NCBI GenBank assembly: GCA_963833985.1
Contig: CAWIAD010000002.1
Location: 3,424,001-3,488,000, forward strand
Direction of reading: 5' to 3'
DNA length: 64,000 nt
DNA from: an uncultured Planctomycetaceae bacterium
GTDB lineage: Bacteria > Planctomycetota > Planctomycetia > Isosphaerales > Isosphaeraceae
Numbering within the stretch: the stretch's first letter is position 1; each line of letters opens with the position of its first letter. The translations under genes were made by a program, and so were the position numbers. Positions 1-14,534 of the stretch are shown piece after piece. The notes under the pieces are model-generated. The model saw only the letters and a program-made list of their open reading frames with translations, had not been told where the DNA came from and made no database searches.

Positions 1-365
1 TCGGGGTCGTCGCGGCTCATCGCCACGTAATCAAGGAAGAGGAGCGGCTCGGCCCCCGCGCACAGGCAGTCGTTCACGGACATCGCCACCAGGTCGATGC
101 CGACGGTGCGGTGGCGGCCGGTGGCGAATGCCAGCTTCAGCTTGGTACCCACTCCGTCGCTGGAGGCCACCAGGACCGGATCGCGATAGGTTCGCGACAG
201 CAGGCCGATCTGGTCGTGCAGCCGGAAGAGTCCCGCGAACCCATCCTTCCACTCCATCACCCGCGGCGTGTAGGTGCGCCGCAGCAGGGGGGGCAGGCGC
301 CCCATCGTCTCCTCGTACTTCGAGAGATCCACCCCGGCCGCACGGTAGTCCAGCGAATCAGGCAT
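1..365 (-). CDS. purM: Phosphoribosylformylglycinamidine cyclo-ligase (AIR synthetase), 5' part; runs off the window start
   Basis: Manual translation from ATG at 365: [13 protein letters not shown]...GFAGLF...[17 protein letters not shown]...[25 protein letters not shown], the PurM signatures. Not in the ORF track. Confidence 0.95.
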   Translation of the reverse strand, partial: MPDSLDYRAAGVDLSKYEETMGRLPPLLRRTYTPRVMEWKDGFAGLFRLHDQIGLLSRTYRDPVLVASSDGVGTKLKLAFATGRHRTVGIDLVAMSVNDCLCAGAEPLLFLDYVAMSRDDP

Positions 366-524
366 AACCCACACAGGTTCTTGAAGGCCGCGAAGTTTGG
401 AGATACTTTAAAGTTCCCCGGATCGTTCATCTGAGGAACACCGAGGTCCGGATCGGCGCGTGCACCGATCCTGCCCAGCCATCCTCATTATCCTACCCTG
501 ATTTCGTCACAGGAGTTGCCTCTC

Positions 525-1001
525 ATGAACCGCAAGTGGATCGGTTTCGCCGTCGTCGCGTGCTCGGTCATCGCCGGAGGCTTCGCAGGCGGGCTCTCAC
601 TCGGCCAGGAGCAGGAAAAGCACAAGGAGAACGAGACGCCCCTGGGCCGTATCATGGAGAAGGTCCAGAAGCACAACATCGCCATCACCAAGGGAACCCG
701 CACGATTGCGGCCTTCCGGAAGAGTCAGAAAGAGGTGGCGAAGTCCTCCCAGGAACTCGCCAAGCTCGCCAAGGAGAGTAAGAAATACAAGGAAGGGTAC
801 TTGAAGAACGCCAAGGATGAGGCCAATCCGCAGAGGAAATGGGACGACATCATGGACGCCTTCGCCAAGACCTCGGAGGACCTCGCCTCGGCCGCGACCA
901 AGGACGGGGCCGAACAGAAGCACATCAAGGACATGTTCCAGGTGGTGAAGAAGACCTGCTCCGACTGCCACACCGTCTTCCGCGTTGAACAGGACTTTTG
1001 A
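525..1001 (+). CDS. Exported class II (cytochrome c'-like) c-type cytochrome
   Basis: N-terminal signal peptide, helical Lys-rich body, single C-terminal heme motif CSDCH; AGGAG upstream. Confidence 0.8.
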   Translation: MNRKWIGFAVVACSVIAGGFAGGLSLGQEQEKHKENETPLGRIMEKVQKHNIAITKGTRTIAAFRKSQKEVAKSSQELAKLAKESKKYKEGYLKNAKDEANPQRKWDDIMDAFAKTSEDLASAATKDGAEQKHIKDMFQVVKKTCSDCHTVFRVEQDF

Positions 1002-1038
1002 ACGGTCTGGGAGGTCGGGACGCGCGTCCCTGCGGGTC

Positions 1039-1772
1039 ATGTCCGTTGATCTGGCTCTGCTGGACCTGACCCTCGAGACCGCGGAGGCGAACCTGGCGCT
1101 CGACGAGGCCCTCCTGGTCGCGGCCGACGAAGGCCGGGCAGGCATGTCCTCAGGTTCTGGGAACTGCCCACGCTGGCCGTGGTCCTGGGTGCGTCGCGCC
1201 GGCTCAGGGATGAGGTGCTCCTCGCCGCCTGCCAGGCGGATGGAGTGCCCATCGTCCGCAGGTCGAGCGGTGGCGGCACGGTGGTCATCGGCCCGGGAAC
1301 CCTGAACGCGACCCTCATCCTTTCCGGCACGGCCGCACCCGGGCTCACCGCGGTCGACACGGCCCAGCGCTTCGTGCTCGAGCGGATCGCCCGGGTATTG
1401 CAACTGGCCGGACGCCCCGTCGTGGTGGCCGGCTCGGGTGACCTGACGATCGACGGCCGCAAGTTCGCCGGCAGCGCCCAGCGCCGGCTGCGGCACTGGT
1501 TCTTCGTTCATTGCACCATCATGCACTCGTTTCCGCTCGAGCGGATCAGCCGTTACCTGGCCCTGCCCGGGCGCCAGCCCGATTATCGCGCGGGCCGCAG
1601 CCACGCCGAGTTCTTGAGGAACCTGGAGCTACCGCGTAAAATCGTGATCGATTCGATTTGTTCGGCATTCTCGCCTTCCTCGATCCTGCCGGCCGCCGAT
1701 GTTCCTCACGACTTGCTCCAGGCGCTGCTTGCGGAACGATTCGCCAACCGCTCCTGGATCGAGCGGCTTTGA
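1039..1772 (+). CDS. lplA: Lipoate-protein ligase A family protein (frameshift near 1146)
   Basis: NLALDEALL in one frame joins RRSSGGGTV, GDL, RKFAGSAQ in ORF 1179..1772; directly upstream of sucAB. Confidence 0.85.
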
Positions 1773-1994
1773 GAGGCAGGGCACGCCTCTCACCGCGCTC
1801 GTTCGCGAGCTCGTGGCCCATTGCTTGCTTTCGCGCCTATATTTAACAACAGGCAGCTGCGGGACGACTCGGTTGCTGGCCGGGGGGCGTCTGGACCCCC
1901 GTGACCACGGGCGGAAGACCGAACCGCGGCGATCGTGCGGGCCTCTGATCCCGAACGCGCGATCTCAGCCGCCTGCACTCATTCCGAGACAATC

Positions 1995-4787
<2,793 letters not shown>

Positions 4788-4789
4788 TC

Positions 4790-6130
4790 ATGGCGGCCGT
4801 GCCGATCACCGTTCCGGGCGTGGGCGAATCGATCTCCGAGGGCATCCTGGCGCGCTGGCTCAAGCCCGACGGTGCGCAGGTTCAGGCCGGCGAGCCGCTC
4901 TTCGAGCTGGAGACCGACAAGGCGAGCAGCGTGGTCCCCGCGGCAACCTCCGGCGTCCTCAAGATCAACGTCGCCGAGGGTGAAACCGTGGCCATCGGCG
5001 CCACCGTGGGCGCGCTCGACCCCGCGGCCAGGCCGGCCGAACCAGCCGCTCCGGCCGCACAGGCGCCGGGCCCAGCGCCAGCCCCGGCCGCGGCCTCGTC
5101 CGTGTCTTCCAACGGCGGAGCCGGGGCGCACTCCGGCGCGGCCCTTTCCCCGGCCGTGCGCCGCCTGGTCGCCGAGCACGAGGTCGATCCGGCGCGGGTG
5201 ACTGCCACCGGGCCGGGCGGCCGGATCACCAAGGGCGACGTGCTGGAGTACCTGGAGCCGCAGCCGGCGGACGGCAGCAAGACAGAAACACAGACTCAGA
5301 CCGCGGCCGCTCCCACTGCACCTGCACCCGCGCCCGCTCAGCGGCCTTCGGCCGATCTCGCTCCGGCCAGCGCCGCGGCCCCGCCCGTGGGGAAAGCCCC
5401 CGCAACGCAGGCCGTCAGTGCCAGCCCGTCCAGCCGCGAGACCCGCCAGCGTATGAGCGGCCTGCGCCAGCGCGTGGCCCAGCGCCTCGTGCAGGCCCAG
5501 CAGACCGCGGCCATCCTGACCACGTTCAACGAAGCCGACATGTCGCGCGTGCAGGACCTGAGGGCCCAGTTCAAGGAGCTCTTCCGCACCCGGCACGGCG
5601 TGGGCCTGGGGTTCATGTCGTTCTTCGTGAAGGCGGTCATCGAGGCCTTGAAAGCCTACCCGGCGGTGAACGGCCGGATCGACGGCACCGACATTGTGTA
5701 CCACAACTTCTACGATATCGGCGTGGCCGTGAGCACTGACCGGGGCCTCATGGTTCCCGTCCTCCGCGGTGCCGACGCCCTCTCGTTCGCCGACATCGAA
5801 AAAGGAATCGCCGGCTTCGCCGACAAGGCCCGCAAGGGGACCATTACCGTCGACGACCTCCAGGGCGGCACGTTCACCATCACCAACGGCGGTACCTTCG
5901 GCTCGCTCATGTCGACGCCGATCTTGAACCCGCCGCAAAGCGGCATCCTCGGCATGCACGCCATCAAGAAGCGCCCCGTGGTCGTGGACGACCAGATCGT
6001 CATCCGTCCGATGATGTACCTGGCATTGTCGTACGATCACCGCCTGATCGACGGCCGTGAGGCCGTCAGCTTCCTCGTCCGTGTCAAGGAATGCATCGAG
6101 GATCCGGAGCGGCTGCTGCTGGCGCTTTGA
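4790..6130 (+). CDS. sucB: Dihydrolipoyllysine succinyltransferase (E2)
   Basis: Lipoyl domain ELETDKA, E3-binding domain, catalytic SYDHRLIDG; follows sucA. Confidence 0.97.
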   Translation: MAAVPITVPGVGESISEGILARWLKPDGAQVQAGEPLFELETDKASSVVPAATSGVLKINVAEGETVAIGATVGALDPAARPAEPAAPAAQAPGPAPAPAAASSVSSNGGAGAHSGAALSPAVRRLVAEHEVDPARVTATGPGGRITKGDVLEYLEPQPADGSKTETQTQTAAAPTAPAPAPAQRPSADLAPASAAAPPVGKAPATQAVSASPSSRETRQRMSGLRQRVAQRLVQAQQTAAILTTFNEADMSRVQDLRAQFKELFRTRHGVGLGFMSFFVKAVIEALKAYPAVNGRIDGTDIVYHNFYDIGVAVSTDRGLMVPVLRGADALSFADIEKGIAGFADKARKGTITVDDLQGGTFTITNGGTFGSLMSTPILNPPQSGILGMHAIKKRPVVVDDQIVIRPMMYLALSYDHRLIDGREAVSFLVRVKECIEDPERLLLAL

Positions 6131-6151
6131 GCCCGAGGTCGCCTGCCGCGT

Positions 6152-7181
6152 TCACGAATGAGCCTGGTGGAATTCGCGGACGTTTGCGAGCCGGCGACCC
6201 AGGGGCGGATAGGTCAGGTACTGCTTGAGCAGCCAGCCGGTAAGCCCGGAATAGATGTACTTCGATTCCGCTTCGAGGAACTGCTCATTGAGCCGGTGGT
6301 GCATCTTGTTGCCCACGCACAGCCGCTTGAGGGCAGTCTTCGCGGCCGAGACGTCGCCCGCGGCCGCGCAACCGCAGTTGTCGCAGGTGAACTCACGGGC
6401 CGCCTTGAACGCCGCAGGCCGATAGATAAGGAACTTGCCGCCCATGGTGTCGTCAAGGACCAGATGGGCCAGCTCATGGCCGATGAGGAACCGCAGTTCC
6501 GCCGGCTGGTCGATGATTCCTTCGAGCACCTCCGAGAGCAGCACGATCACTTTCTTGCGCGCGAAGCGGACGGCAAACGCGTTCATCTCGCCGGAGCTGA
6601 GAACAAGGACTTTGGGCTCCTTGGTGACGCCGAACTGGCGGCATGTTGCCGCCAGCGCCTGCGCCACCTCAGGAAATTGATCCAGGGTCGCGGCCGTTCC
6701 CAGTGCCTGCAACTTCCGTACGTGGTACTCGGCAAGCAACCGGTTGATCAACCAGCCGAAGAACCAGACGACCAGCAGAACGCCGTAGCTCGCCAGCATG
6801 AAGATGCTGAGGACCAGCCAGATCAGCAGGCTGACCAGAAACGCGCTCGTCTTTCTCTTTTTCTCCTCGCGGGAGATGCACTGCTTGATCGAGGTTACGC
6901 GGGCCAGCCCGCTCATGGGCGTTCCGTTGGGCGTGGCTTGTTGACGCATCACGGGAGGAGACGGGACGGGCTCCTCGGCGACCGCAACGGCAACCGTGAC
7001 CGAGCTCGAAGTCATCGTCGAAGAGCCCCTTGATCAGGTTGGCTGCAACCCACTTCCCCTCGTTCCGCCGAACCTGATCCGTCCGGCTCAGCTTGCCGCC
7101 CTGCGCCAGGGACCGCAGTTGCTTCGCCGTGATCGGTCCTTTCGCGGCTCCATCGGACATCAGGTACCATTCCGCGGTCAT
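6152..7181 (-). CDS. GYF_2 (DUF4339) domain fused to a membrane M48-family metallopeptidase (frameshift near 7000)
   Basis: N-terminus WYLMSDGAAKGPITAKQLRSLAQGGKL...KWVAANLIKGLF; second frame has a TM segment, NAFA, HELAH, REFTCD. Confidence 0.75.
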
Positions 7182-7417
7182 CGCACTGTCTCCTGCCTGA
7201 GTGAATGTCCTTTCCAGGTCGATCCGCGGCAAGAACCGGGAGGACGGTCCTGTCCGCATGGAACAATTCAAGCAGGCAGGATATTATCGAAGCAGGAAGG
7301 GCCTGTCCACCGTTCAGTGCGACAACGATCGACTGATCGACTTTCGGTGGTCGCAGGCAACGCGGTGGTGTTCAGAGGCGGAGCTTCCGAACCAGAAGCT
7401 AACGATGGAGGCTCTGG

Positions 7418-8755
7418 TCAGCTATCCACGAACACACGTGTCTGGACCACGGCCTGGCTGGAAAAGCCGATCGGCCCGAAGGTGGGCTGATACGCCAGTG
7501 CGGCCAGTTCGGGGATGGTCGGCTTCTCGGAGGGCCGGGTCGGCTTCCTGGGGGAGCTTCTCCGTGCGGCGAGAGCCTCGCGCCAGTCTCTGGGGTTGCG
7601 GCCAAGGTCCTTACCGGCGACCTCGCGGGCGACTCCCATGACACGGTCGTTGAACTGCTTGCGGTCCGCATTGATATTCTTGATCGCGGCCACGTCCGAC
7701 TGGAGCTGGGACTGGGCCATGACGGCTCCCCGCTGAGCCTCGAGCATCAGCTGGTAGGGCGAGATCGTCTCGTAATAGTCCACTTCCTTGGTCGTTTGCT
7801 TCACCAGGGTCTTCGAGCCCGGCACGCCCACCGTACTGGTGGCCACATAACTTGTTCCAGTGCGATGCGCGATGACGGGCATGCCGGAGGCATCGTAGGT
7901 GGCAATGTCTCCCGGGCCGAAGGGGATGTTGGGGGCTGCCGGCGGAGCGTAGAACCGCATGGAGTTGAATCGCTCGCCTTTCACGAAAAGGACGCCGGGT
8001 GAACCCGGGCCGCCGACCGGCCTCACGTCGAAGCGGATCGGGTCCACCATCAGTCCAACCAGCAGGTCCAGAGAGTCGCTGGAGGGTCTTGACCGCAAAG
8101 TCTGGGTGGCGCGTCCCCGGACCTCGGGCGTGCTGCCGTAGACGGCGAGCATGGCCAGGACCTGGGTGGAGACGGGTCGTTCGATCTGGCCCAGAGCCTG
8201 CACGAGGATCAACTGGTCGGACTGGCCCGCGCCGCCGAACTCGCGGTAGAGCGGCAGCACGGCCCGCGAATCCGAGATCTCGGCCAGCGCGGTGCGGGCC
8301 AGTTCTTGCTTCCTGGCTCCGCTACCGCCATGAATGTCCCGGTGCAACTTCTTCAGGCGAGACGACCAGACCTTGTCGGCCTTCTTCTGAAGTCCGTCCT
8401 CGGCAATCTGCTCCGGGGTCATCCACCGGCCGCCGACCTTCTTGAGCCCCAGCTTCCTCCAGGCGGCGTCGCGGCTAGGATCAAGCCGCGCGGCCTCCGA
8501 AAAATGCGTGTACGCTTCCGGCTTGAGCCCATTCTTTTCGCACCAGAGCCCGAGCTTCCACTGGCCGGCGGCGGTCGCAGGAGTCCTGTCGCGAAGCGTC
8601 TCGTACTCGGCCATCGCCTTGCGGGAATCGCCGTCGGCATCGCTCTGCGCCTGCGCAGGCGCCTGTGCAGGCGGCTTCTTCTCCACGGCGGGACGGGACG
8701 CTGCCGGTACCTGAAAGGCGAGAATCGCCGAGGAGAGGAGCGCCAATCCAATCAT
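7418..8755 (-). CDS. Exported planctomycete-type hypothetical protein with TPR/HEAT-like helical repeats
   Basis: 445-aa ORF with signal peptide, QWKLGLWCEKNGL motif and HEAT-like repeats. Confidence 0.65.
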   Translation of the reverse strand: MIGLALLSSAILAFQVPAASRPAVEKKPPAQAPAQAQSDADGDSRKAMAEYETLRDRTPATAAGQWKLGLWCEKNGLKPEAYTHFSEAARLDPSRDAAWRKLGLKKVGGRWMTPEQIAEDGLQKKADKVWSSRLKKLHRDIHGGSGARKQELARTALAEISDSRAVLPLYREFGGAGQSDQLILVQALGQIERPVSTQVLAMLAVYGSTPEVRGRATQTLRSRPSSDSLDLLVGLMVDPIRFDVRPVGGPGSPGVLFVKGERFNSMRFYAPPAAPNIPFGPGDIATYDASGMPVIAHRTGTSYVATSTVGVPGSKTLVKQTTKEVDYYETISPYQLMLEAQRGAVMAQSQLQSDVAAIKNINADRKQFNDRVMGVAREVAGKDLGRNPRDWREALAARRSSPRKPTRPSEKPTIPELAALAYQPTFGPIGFSSQAVVQTRVFVDS

Positions 8756-9166
8756 CTGGGGTTCTCCAAGGTCGCGGATGTTCCTGATAGTTCAGCAGGC
8801 CGGCGGTGGTCTTGAGTCTGAGCTGAAATGGAACCACGCATCATGGTCCTGAAGTCGGACGGTCGCCCACGAACGAGTCTCGGCTTGCCGCAGAGCGGCC
8901 AGGCGAAGGCTTCGTGCGACAGCCGATTTCTGAAAGCACTGCGTGAGTCCTGCAACAGAGTGCACCGCAACGAGCGAGCGAATACAGCTTTCTTGTTTTT
9001 CAGGGTTCCTGCACACGGGGAGACGCGGCATGATCTCGCGCCACGGCGATCAGGCCTCGATTCGCCGTTCTCGCGTGGCGCACCGTGCACTCCTGGTTCG
9101 CGTTGACTACCATAGGGTTCGGCAAGCAACTTTCCGGTTGCGGCTCGATGATTCGAGGAGCAAATT

Positions 9167-10573
9167 GTGGCACAGCGGTTTGACCTGGTCGTGGTTGGTG
9201 CGGGCCCGGGCGGCTACGTAGCCGCCATCCGTGCGGCGCAGCTTGGCATGAAGGTGGCCTGCGTCGAGAAGCGCGCCAGCCTGGGCGGCACCTGCCTGAA
9301 CGTCGGTTGCATTCCCAGCAAGGCCCTGCTCGATTCCAGCGAGCTTTACCACCTGGCGCGCGACCGCTTCGGCCGGCACGGCATCAAGGTGGACGGCCTG
9401 GGACTGGACCTGCCCGCGATGCTCAAGCGCAAGGATGGCGTTGTCAAGAGCCTCACCGACGGCGTCCGCTTCCTCTTCCGCAAGAACAAGATCGAGACGA
9501 TGCAGGGCACGGGGCGACTGACCTCGGCGACCAGCCTCCAGGTGAAGCAGATCGAAGGAGAGCCGGTCGACCTGGAAGCCGGCCACATCCTGCTGGCCAC
9601 CGGGTCCGAACCGACTCCCTTGCCGTTCCTGCCCTTCGACGGCAAGGCGATCGTGAGCTCGACCGATGCCCTGTGCTTCGACAAGGTCCCCGAACACCTC
9701 GTGGTGGTGGGCGGCGGTTACATCGGGCTGGAGCTCGGCTCGGTCTGGCGGCGGCTGGGCTCGAAGGTCACTGTCATCGAGTTCCTGCCGCGGATCGTCC
9801 CCATGGCCGACCTGGAGATCGGCGAGCAGCTCAAGAAAAGCCTGGTCAAGCAGGGCCTCGAGCTGCACCTGGAAACCAGGGTCACCGGGGCGAAGATCCA
9901 GGGCGCCGCGGTCACCGTTTCCGCGGAGACGAAGGTGGGCAAGCCGCTCGCCGTCTCGTGCGACAAGGTGCTGGTGGCCGTGGGCCGCCGGCCGTACACC
10001 GAGGGGCTGAACCTGGAGGGCGTGGGCGTGCAGGTCGAGGCGAAGACGGGCAAGGTCCCCGTCGACGACCACTTCCGCACCAACGTCCCCACGATCTCGG
10101 CGATCGGCGACCTGATTGCCGGCCCGATGCTGGCCCACAAGGCCGAGGACGAGGGCGTGGCCTGCGCCGAGATCCTTGCCGGCAAGCCGGGCCACGTGAA
10201 TTATGACACGATCCCGAGTGTGATCTACACCTGGCCGGAGATGGCGAGCGTGGGCATCACCGAGGAGCAGGCGAAGGAGCGAGGCCTGAAGTACCAGGTC
10301 GGCAGGTTCCCCTTCCTGGCCAACGGGCGGGCCAAGGCGATGGACGAGACCGAGGGCCTGGTGAAGGTGATCGCCGACGCCGCGACCGACCGCGTGCTGG
10401 GCGTGCACATCATCGGCCCGCGCGCCTCGGACATGATCGCCGAGGCCGTGGCCGTCATGGAATTCGCCGGCAGCGCCGAGGACATCGCCCGCACCTGTCA
10501 CGCCCACCCCACGCTCAGCGAAGCCCTCCGCGAGGCCGCGCTCGCCGTGGAGAAACGGGCGATCCACAGTTGA
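9167..10573 (+). CDS. lpdA: Dihydrolipoamide dehydrogenase (E3)
   Basis: GAGPGGYVAA, GGTCLNVGCIPSK, GGGYIGLE, HAHPTLSE. Confidence 0.98.
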   Translation: MAQRFDLVVVGAGPGGYVAAIRAAQLGMKVACVEKRASLGGTCLNVGCIPSKALLDSSELYHLARDRFGRHGIKVDGLGLDLPAMLKRKDGVVKSLTDGVRFLFRKNKIETMQGTGRLTSATSLQVKQIEGEPVDLEAGHILLATGSEPTPLPFLPFDGKAIVSSTDALCFDKVPEHLVVVGGGYIGLELGSVWRRLGSKVTVIEFLPRIVPMADLEIGEQLKKSLVKQGLELHLETRVTGAKIQGAAVTVSAETKVGKPLAVSCDKVLVAVGRRPYTEGLNLEGVGVQVEAKTGKVPVDDHFRTNVPTISAIGDLIAGPMLAHKAEDEGVACAEILAGKPGHVNYDTIPSVIYTWPEMASVGITEEQAKERGLKYQVGRFPFLANGRAKAMDETEGLVKVIADAATDRVLGVHIIGPRASDMIAEAVAVMEFAGSAEDIARTCHAHPTLSEALREAALAVEKRAIHS

Positions 10574-10586
10574 TCCGGAGCACGCC

Positions 10587-12574
10587 TCATCCGCGGCGAC
10601 CGAGCGCGCTGATGATTGCGTCGGTATCGTAGACGCAGCCGGCCCAGGTGCCGCCGGCGACGGACTGGAGCGCCGCCCAGAGGCGCGTATCGTCGGGCAG
10701 GTCGGGATCAGGCGAGAGGTCCGGATGCGGGGTGCGGGAGGCAAGCACGCGCGTTCCTTCATCGGCACCCTGCTCGAATTCCTTTCCCCCTGCTGCGCCC
10801 ACCAGGTTCAGCGTGCCCTCGAGGTTCACGCGGTCGACCACGATGCGGATCAGGTCGCCGTCGCGGACCTTGCCGAGCGGGCCGCCGGCCAGGGCTTCGG
10901 GGCTGATGTGGCCGATGCAGGCACCCGTCGAGACTCCCGAGAAGCGGGCGTCGGTGAGCACAGCCACCTGCTTGCCGAACGAGAGGTGGCGCAGCGAGGC
11001 GGTGATCTGGTAGATCTCCTCCATCCCCGCGCCCATCGGGCCGCGCCCATCAGCACCAGCACGTCGCCGGGCCTGATCGGCCGATCTCCCTGGCCCTTGA
11101 TCGCGGCGATGGCGTCCTTCTCACGCGTGAAGACGCGCGCCGGACCGGTCTTGCGGTAGACTCCGTCGGAATCCACCACGCTCGGGTCGATCGCGGTGCT
11201 CTTGATGACGGCGCCGTCCGGCGACAGATTGCCGCGCGGGAAGGTCACGGTGCTGGTCAGCCCGCGCTCGCGGGCGCGTGCAGGGCTCATGATCACGTCG
11301 TCCGGATCCACCTGGTCCGCCTCGAAGAGGCGCTCGCGAAGCCGCTTGCGGCGCTCGCTCGCTTCCCACCATTCGAGGGTCTGCCCGAGCGGCTGGCCCG
11401 CCACGGTCAGGACCGAGAGGTCGAGCAGGCCAAGCGCCCTCAGGTGCAGCATCACCTCCGGAACGCCTCCGGCCAGGTAGGCCCGCACGGTGGGGTGGTC
11501 ATACGGGCCGTTGGGGAGCACGCTCACCAGGCGCGGAACCTTCAGGTTGACGGCGTGCCAGTCGTCCACCGTGGGCCGGCGCAGGCCGGCGGCGAAGGCG
11601 ATGGCCGGGATGTGCAGCAGCAGGTTCGTGGAACCGCCGAAGGCCGCATGAACGCACATGGAGTTGCGGATGGCGGCGTCGCTGAGGATCTGCCGTGACG
11701 TGATGCCGCGCCCGGCCAGGGCCACCAGCGCCCGCGCGGAGCGGCGGGCGACGTCGCGCCAGATCGGCTGGCCGGAGGGGACCAGGGCCGAGTGAGGCAA
11801 GGCCATGCCCAGCGCCTCGACCACGACCTGCGACGTGGCCGCGGTGCCGAGGAACTGGCACCCTCCGCCAGGGCTGGCACACGCCCGGCAGCCGAGCTCG
11901 GCGGCCTCTTGCAGGCTCAGCTCACCGTGGGCGTAGCGGGCACCGACGGACTGAATCTTGCCGGCGTCCTCGCCCTGGCGCGGGGGCAGGGTGACCCCGC
12001 CCGGCACCAGCACGGTGGGCAGGTCTCGTGAGCCGGCCAGGGCCATGGCCATGGCGGGCAGGCCCTTGTCGCAGGTGGCGATGCCAAGAACGCCCTTGCG
12101 CCTGGGAAGTGAGCGGACCAGCCGCCGGAACACGATTGCCGCGTCGTTCCGGTAGGGCAGGCTGTCCATCATGCCGGGCGTTCCCTGGGTGCGGCCGTCG
12201 CAGGGGTCGGAGACCATGCCGGCGAACGGCACAGCGCCTAGCCGCTTGAACTCCTCGGCCGCCTCGTGGACCAGCAGGCCAATCTCCCAGTGCCCGGTGT
12301 GGTAGCCCAGGGCGATCGGCGTTCCGTCCGGCGCGCGCAGACCGCCCTGGGTGCTGAGGATGAGAAACGGATCGCGCGCGACCTCGACCGCCTGCCAGCC
12401 CATGCCGGCGTTCTGGCTGAGCCCAAAGAGGTCGCCCGAGGGCCAGTGCCTGAGCATCTCATCGCTCAGCGGCAACGAACCGGCCGGACCGTCGGCCTTT
12501 GTCTGTACGCCAGCCCAGTCCATCCCCGGTGATTCAAGGACCGGCGGATCTTGCGATTCAGAAGAGACAGCCAT
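10587..12574 (-). CDS. YjhG/YagF-family sugar-acid (D-xylonate) dehydratase, IlvD/Edd superfamily (frameshift near 11040)
   Basis: [44 protein letters not shown]-terminal frame has [16 protein letters not shown]. Confidence 0.88.
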
Positions 12575-12809
12575 GACGGACCTTTCCTCGCTGGGCTTGC
12601 TTCGCCCGACCCTTTTCACGGAAGACTGACCGACCCCACGATCTCATCATGACCGCTCCCGCCGGTTCGCGGCAACGTGCGGGAGACCGTCGATCTACGC
12701 GCATTCGCCACTTGCTCGCATGATCGGCGCATGAATTGCCACTCTGATTCGCTGGAAGTTCGTATCGCCCGGGCCAACCTGACACTCGCGCTTGCAACGG
12801 GAGAACAAA

Positions 12810-13274
12810 ATGGATCGTCGTGAAGCACTCAGCTGGATCGGCGCCGGTACCGCGGGAGTGGTTTTCGCCGGAGGGAACAGCCTCCAGGCGCAGGAACATG
12901 AAGCTCACCCGATGGCCGAACATCTGAAAACCCTGGGCGAGTGCATCAGGGCGTGCAACCAGACCGCTCATCATTGCCTTCAGATCCTGATGAAGGAGAG
13001 CGCGGAGCATCGTGACGTGCATGCCCGGGCCGTCGCGCTCGCCACGGACTGCCAGGCCTTCTGCGTCCTGGCCGCAACGCTTGACGCCCGCTCCAGCCCG
13101 ATCGCCGAATTCGCGAACGCAGCCTGTGCCGAGGCCTGCCGCTGTTGCGCCGAAACGTGCGAGCAGGGGCCGGGCGAGGTCATGAAGGAGTGTGCGGCAC
13201 GCTGCCGCGATTGTGAGCGGGCATGCCGCAGCATGACGAAATCAACCGATGCGCACCACAAGTCGACCTCTTGA
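12810..13274 (+). CDS. Tat-exported four-helix-bundle copper storage protein (Csp/DUF326 family)
   Basis: MDRREAL twin-arginine leader; 14 Cys in CxxxC/CxxC spacing; several His. Confidence 0.85.
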   Translation: MDRREALSWIGAGTAGVVFAGGNSLQAQEHEAHPMAEHLKTLGECIRACNQTAHHCLQILMKESAEHRDVHARAVALATDCQAFCVLAATLDARSSPIAEFANAACAEACRCCAETCEQGPGEVMKECAARCRDCERACRSMTKSTDAHHKSTS

Positions 13275-13373
13275 GGCCCGTTTGAAGGCCGCCCTGCACA
13301 GCGGATGCGCGGCAACCAGGCCGGAATGATGGGAGCGGGCGTATGCTTGATCGGGCACGCCCGCTCGTCGAAT

Positions 13374-14534
13374 ATGAAGACGGTCATCGTGCATCGGCAC
13401 ACCCGTTCCTTTTCTGGAGCACCTTCGATGGGTTCGCAGCGCACTCGGAGTCAGCGGTCCGCGGGCAAGCCGGCGGCGGCTCGTAAGCAGGCAGGCCTTG
13501 AAGACGACTCCGAGATCCGGCTCTCGGAAGAGCACAACCTGCTCACGGTCCGGGACCGCAGGATGTTCCAGCGCGGGCAGGAATCCGTTTGCCGTGCCCT
13601 CATCTGTGCCGCGGCGCGGCAGCCAGAGGTCCGCGCGGCACAGGTGGACCTGGGCGCAAGCCTGTTCCGGCTGGAGTTCAACCCGGGCCGGGCCAGCGAG
13701 CAGGAGATGGCGGAACGGTTCGCCGCGGCGATGCGCCAGGCCCTGGCCGAAGCAGAGCACGACGGCCGCCCTGATGGCAAGCGGACCAACTGGGCCGCCA
13801 TGGCGGCATTTCCCGCACACCAGTCCGTCTCCACCTGGGAGATCGTCCGCGAGGAAACCAACGGCATCAAGCTCCGTAACGTGATCCTCCGGCATGATTC
13901 CCACATGGCGCGAAGAATTGCCAAGGAGATGCGCAGGCGGCCCGGCATCCTCTCGGCGCGGGTCAGCCAATGGCGGCGCGACCTGAAGATCCGCTACGAG
14001 GAAGGCCAGATGTCCGATCTGGCGGTCGTGAATGCTGCCGAGGAGATCCTCCAGCGTCTCCTTCGCAACGAGATTGAGCCGGCCCACGCCGGCTCCGACG
14101 AGGCGCCCGCGGTCGCCACCGGAATTCGCAAGGTCTACTACATCGTGCTGGCCAGTGGCTCGTTTGCCCTCACCGTGCTGGGGTTCATCGTTCCGGGCGT
14201 GCCAACCGTGCCGTTCCTGATGGCCACGAGTTACTACCTGGTGCGCTCCTCGCCGTGGCTCAATAACAAGCTCCGGGACGCGCCGTTCTTCGGGCCAATC
14301 CTCAAGGACTTACAGTCGGCGGGGGCCCTCCGACCCATCAACAAGGTCAAGCTGATCGGGCTCACGCTCGTGGTCGGCACGCTCACCGTACTGATCACCC
14401 TGCCGCCTGTCGGCCTCATCTTGCTGATCTCGGCCGTGTCGGGCCTGAGCATGTACGCCGTCTCGCGGATTCCCACCCTCGGGGGCAAGCCGGAAGAATC
14501 GGACCTCGGAGTGAAGGCCCCGGCCATGGCCTGA
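13374..14534 (+). CDS. Membrane protein: HMA-like N-terminal domains fused to a C-terminal DUF454/YbaN domain (start uncertain)
   Basis: C-terminal LGFIVPGVPTVPFLMATSYYLVRSSP...FFGPIL matches YbaN; GIKLRN...PGILSARVS...LKIRYE resembles ferredoxin-like HMA2 modules. Confidence 0.65.
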   Translation: MKTVIVHRHTRSFSGAPSMGSQRTRSQRSAGKPAAARKQAGLEDDSEIRLSEEHNLLTVRDRRMFQRGQESVCRALICAAARQPEVRAAQVDLGASLFRLEFNPGRASEQEMAERFAAAMRQALAEAEHDGRPDGKRTNWAAMAAFPAHQSVSTWEIVREETNGIKLRNVILRHDSHMARRIAKEMRRRPGILSARVSQWRRDLKIRYEEGQMSDLAVVNAAEEILQRLLRNEIEPAHAGSDEAPAVATGIRKVYYIVLASGSFALTVLGFIVPGVPTVPFLMATSYYLVRSSPWLNNKLRDAPFFGPILKDLQSAGALRPINKVKLIGLTLVVGTLTVLITLPPVGLILLISAVSGLSMYAVSRIPTLGGKPEESDLGVKAPAMA

